DNA from: Candidatus Eiseniibacteriota bacterium
GTDB lineage: Bacteria > Eisenbacteria > RBG-16-71-46
Reading direction: 5' to 3'
Length of the DNA stretch: 64,000 nucleotides
NCBI GenBank assembly: GCA_038231135.1
Contig: JBBRLX010000003.1
Coordinates: forward strand, 96,001-160,000
Below are positions 62,084 to 64,000 of this stretch, piece after piece. The translations under genes were made by a program, and so were the position numbers. Numbering within the stretch: position 1 is the first letter of the stretch; each line of letters begins with the position of its first letter. The notes beneath the pieces are model-generated. The model worked only from the letters and a program-made list of their open reading frames with translations, had not been told where the DNA came from and did no database searches.

Positions 62084-62982
62084 CACCTGACCCCGACGAC
62101 CTGGTCCTGCCGTTGTTCCCGCCGGATCCGCGATCGGGTGATGGTGCACCCCTCGCCAACCCGGCGCCCCAAGCCCAGCCCCACCGCCCCTCGCTGCTCG
62201 ACAAGGTCCGCATCGGCACCTCCGGCTATTCGTTCCCGGACTGGGTGGGCCCGTTCTATCCGCCCGGCACCAGGTCCTCCGGGTTCCTGCCGCATTACGC
62301 GCGACAGTTCGACTCGGTCGAGGTGAACACCACGTACTACGCGATCCCCAAGCCCGCCATGATGGAGCAGATGGTCGAGCGCACGCCGCCCGGCTTTCAC
62401 TTCGTGGTCAAGCTCAACAAGGCGATGACGCACGAGAACTCGACCGACCTCGAGCTCTATCGGCAGTTCCAGGGCGTGCTCGAGCCGCTCAAGGCCGCGG
62501 GCAAGTACGACGGGTTGCTGGCGCAGTTCCCGTGGTCGTTCAAGCGCACGCCCGACCACGAGCGCCACGTGGCGGCGGTGCGCGAGCTGCTCGTCGACGA
62601 GCCGCTGCACGTTGAATTCCGTCACGATTCGTGGCTCACCCCCGAGCTCGCGCCGTGGCTGAGGCAGTACCAGCTCGGATACTGCATCGTGGACGAGCCC
62701 CAGCTCGAAGGCCTGCTGCCGCCCGTGAGTCTCCTGACCACCGAGGACGCCTACGTGCGGTTCCACGGCCGCAACGCGAAGGACTGGTGGCAGGGCGATC
62801 GCGGCACCCGGTACAACTACGACTACAGCGAGCAGGAGCTCAAGGACTGGCTGGTGAAGATCCAGGAGCTCGCCCAGCAGGCGCGTCGCACCTATCTGTT
62901 CTTCAACAACTGCCACGCCGGCCAGGCGGCGAAGAACGCCAGGCTCATGCAGGAGCTGCTGCGGCAGCAGGCAATCGGGTAG
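62080..62982 (+). CDS. DUF72 (YecE-like) protein
   Basis: IGTSGYSFPDWVGPFYP, VEVNTTYY, LAQFP, VEFRH, YVRFHGRN, YNYDYS, FFNN; ATGA overlap with dinB. Confidence 0.92.
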   Translation: MTPDPDDLVLPLFPPDPRSGDGAPLANPAPQAQPHRPSLLDKVRIGTSGYSFPDWVGPFYPPGTRSSGFLPHYARQFDSVEVNTTYYAIPKPAMMEQMVERTPPGFHFVVKLNKAMTHENSTDLELYRQFQGVLEPLKAAGKYDGLLAQFPWSFKRTPDHERHVAAVRELLVDEPLHVEFRHDSWLTPELAPWLRQYQLGYCIVDEPQLEGLLPPVSLLTTEDAYVRFHGRNAKDWWQGDRGTRYNYDYSEQELKDWLVKIQELAQQARRTYLFFNNCHAGQAAKNARLMQELLRQQAIG

Positions 62983-62989
62983 CGAGTGC

Positions 62990-63828
62990 TCTCTGGACAT
63001 GACGCGACGGTTTCGAAGCAAGTAACGTCAGCGCGGCGCGGACGCGATCCTCGAGTGAGGCGTCGCCAGGTGGCGTCTCGCAATGCGCGGCTGCGCAGCG
63101 TGCTTCGTCAGCGCGGAAGCCGAGCCGTCGCAACCAGGGAATGACGTCATGCTCCGGATCCGCGGCCCGGGCCTTTGCTTCCGCGGCGGCAGCGCGCTTC
63201 TGCTGTTCGGCTGCGGCCTTTGCCTGCACACGTGCGTTCGCCGCTGCCTCCCGGGCGAGCTCACGTTTGCGCATCATGAATTCGGCTCCGAACTCGCACT
63301 TCGCCGTGTATTGATTGTGGGCCCGGCACCGTAGTACGTTCGTGAGCGAGTCCGGTCGTCGCTGCCCCGCGCGATCGCTCCTGGAATTCGATCACATCGA
63401 TCTGGTGGCGCGTGGCTTGTCCGAGGAGTTCCTCGACATCCCGCCCGGAACTACGGTGGCTCGCCAGGGACTTGGCGTACTGCAACTTGTCATAGTTGCT
63501 GTCGCCGATCGTGCGCCGCAATTCAGGCGAGCTGGGCTTGCGTTGCGACGCACACGTTTCAACGGGGTCGGGTGTTTGTTCCGCGAACAACTCTGACTCC
63601 AGGGCCACGCGCCCCGACGTGTCAGCGGGCCCCGGGGCCTGTTGCGCAGATGTCAACTTAACAGGCCCCGGGGCCTGTTCGGCGGATCCCATCGACGTAG
63701 CAATTTCGGGGGACGCCACTCCGGGGAACCGCTGCGCCAGCAGGATCACGGAGCTGTAGTGCAGCCGCTCTGCGGCGAGCTCCGGGAATATCACCGTCGG
63801 TGAGATGAGTCAGCGCATACCAGATCAT
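62990..63828 (-). pseudogene. degraded HNH endonuclease gene with frameshifts, deletions and an internal inversion
   Basis: Minus-strand fragments in different frames (MIWYALTHLTD; TIGDSNYDKLQYAKSLASH; LRCRAHNQY...FGAEFM; PWLRRLGFRADEAR...LEDRVRAAL), while TFVSESGRRCPARSLLEFDHIDLVARG reads on the plus strand; ends approximate. Confidence 0.65.
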
Positions 63829-64000
63829 GGGGTCGCTCACGAGAATCGGGTGAGCGGGGGCTGTTCAGCTCAATTCCATGGCCGCCTGGTGGGGCGTCGG
63901 CTACCCATCCTCGTTGGGTCGTCAAGTTGATTCGTGGGTACAGACCGCGTACTGGCTACAAGGGTTTGCCTCAGTGCGGCGTCGCCGCCGCCACCGAATC

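Noticed and set aside
63261..63794. ORFs 63261..63794, 62945..63277 and 63315..63596 as intact genes
   Set aside because: Each carries only a fragment of one HNH-family protein; better explained as a single pseudogene

Overview
High-GC, diderm bacterial chromosome segment. T9SS-type C-terminal domains and a PorV-like gene suggest an FCB-group organism, possibly Candidatus Eisenbacteria-like (inference). In order: a partial NlpC/P60 gene; a solitary outer-membrane beta-barrel gene; a TonB-dependent receptor / T9SS-type cargo / PorV-family operon; gdh; a minus-strand beta-barrel plus two-lipoprotein operon; a long mreBCD-mrdA-rodA-lgt-aroE-comF-cbiMQO-rarA run; two tandem paralogous ~3,800-aa secreted repeat proteins; mrp-iscS-pdxST-nrnA-ccmABCDEF (Cys-type CcmE); a probable SOS cassette (palindromic TGCAC-N4-GTGCA operator, small DUF6504-like gene, dinB-type polymerase, DUF72); and a decayed HNH-nuclease gene whose catalytic segment appears inverted. 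No rRNA, tRNA, CRISPR array or intact transposase was recognised. Family assignments are by motif recognition only; no searches were run.
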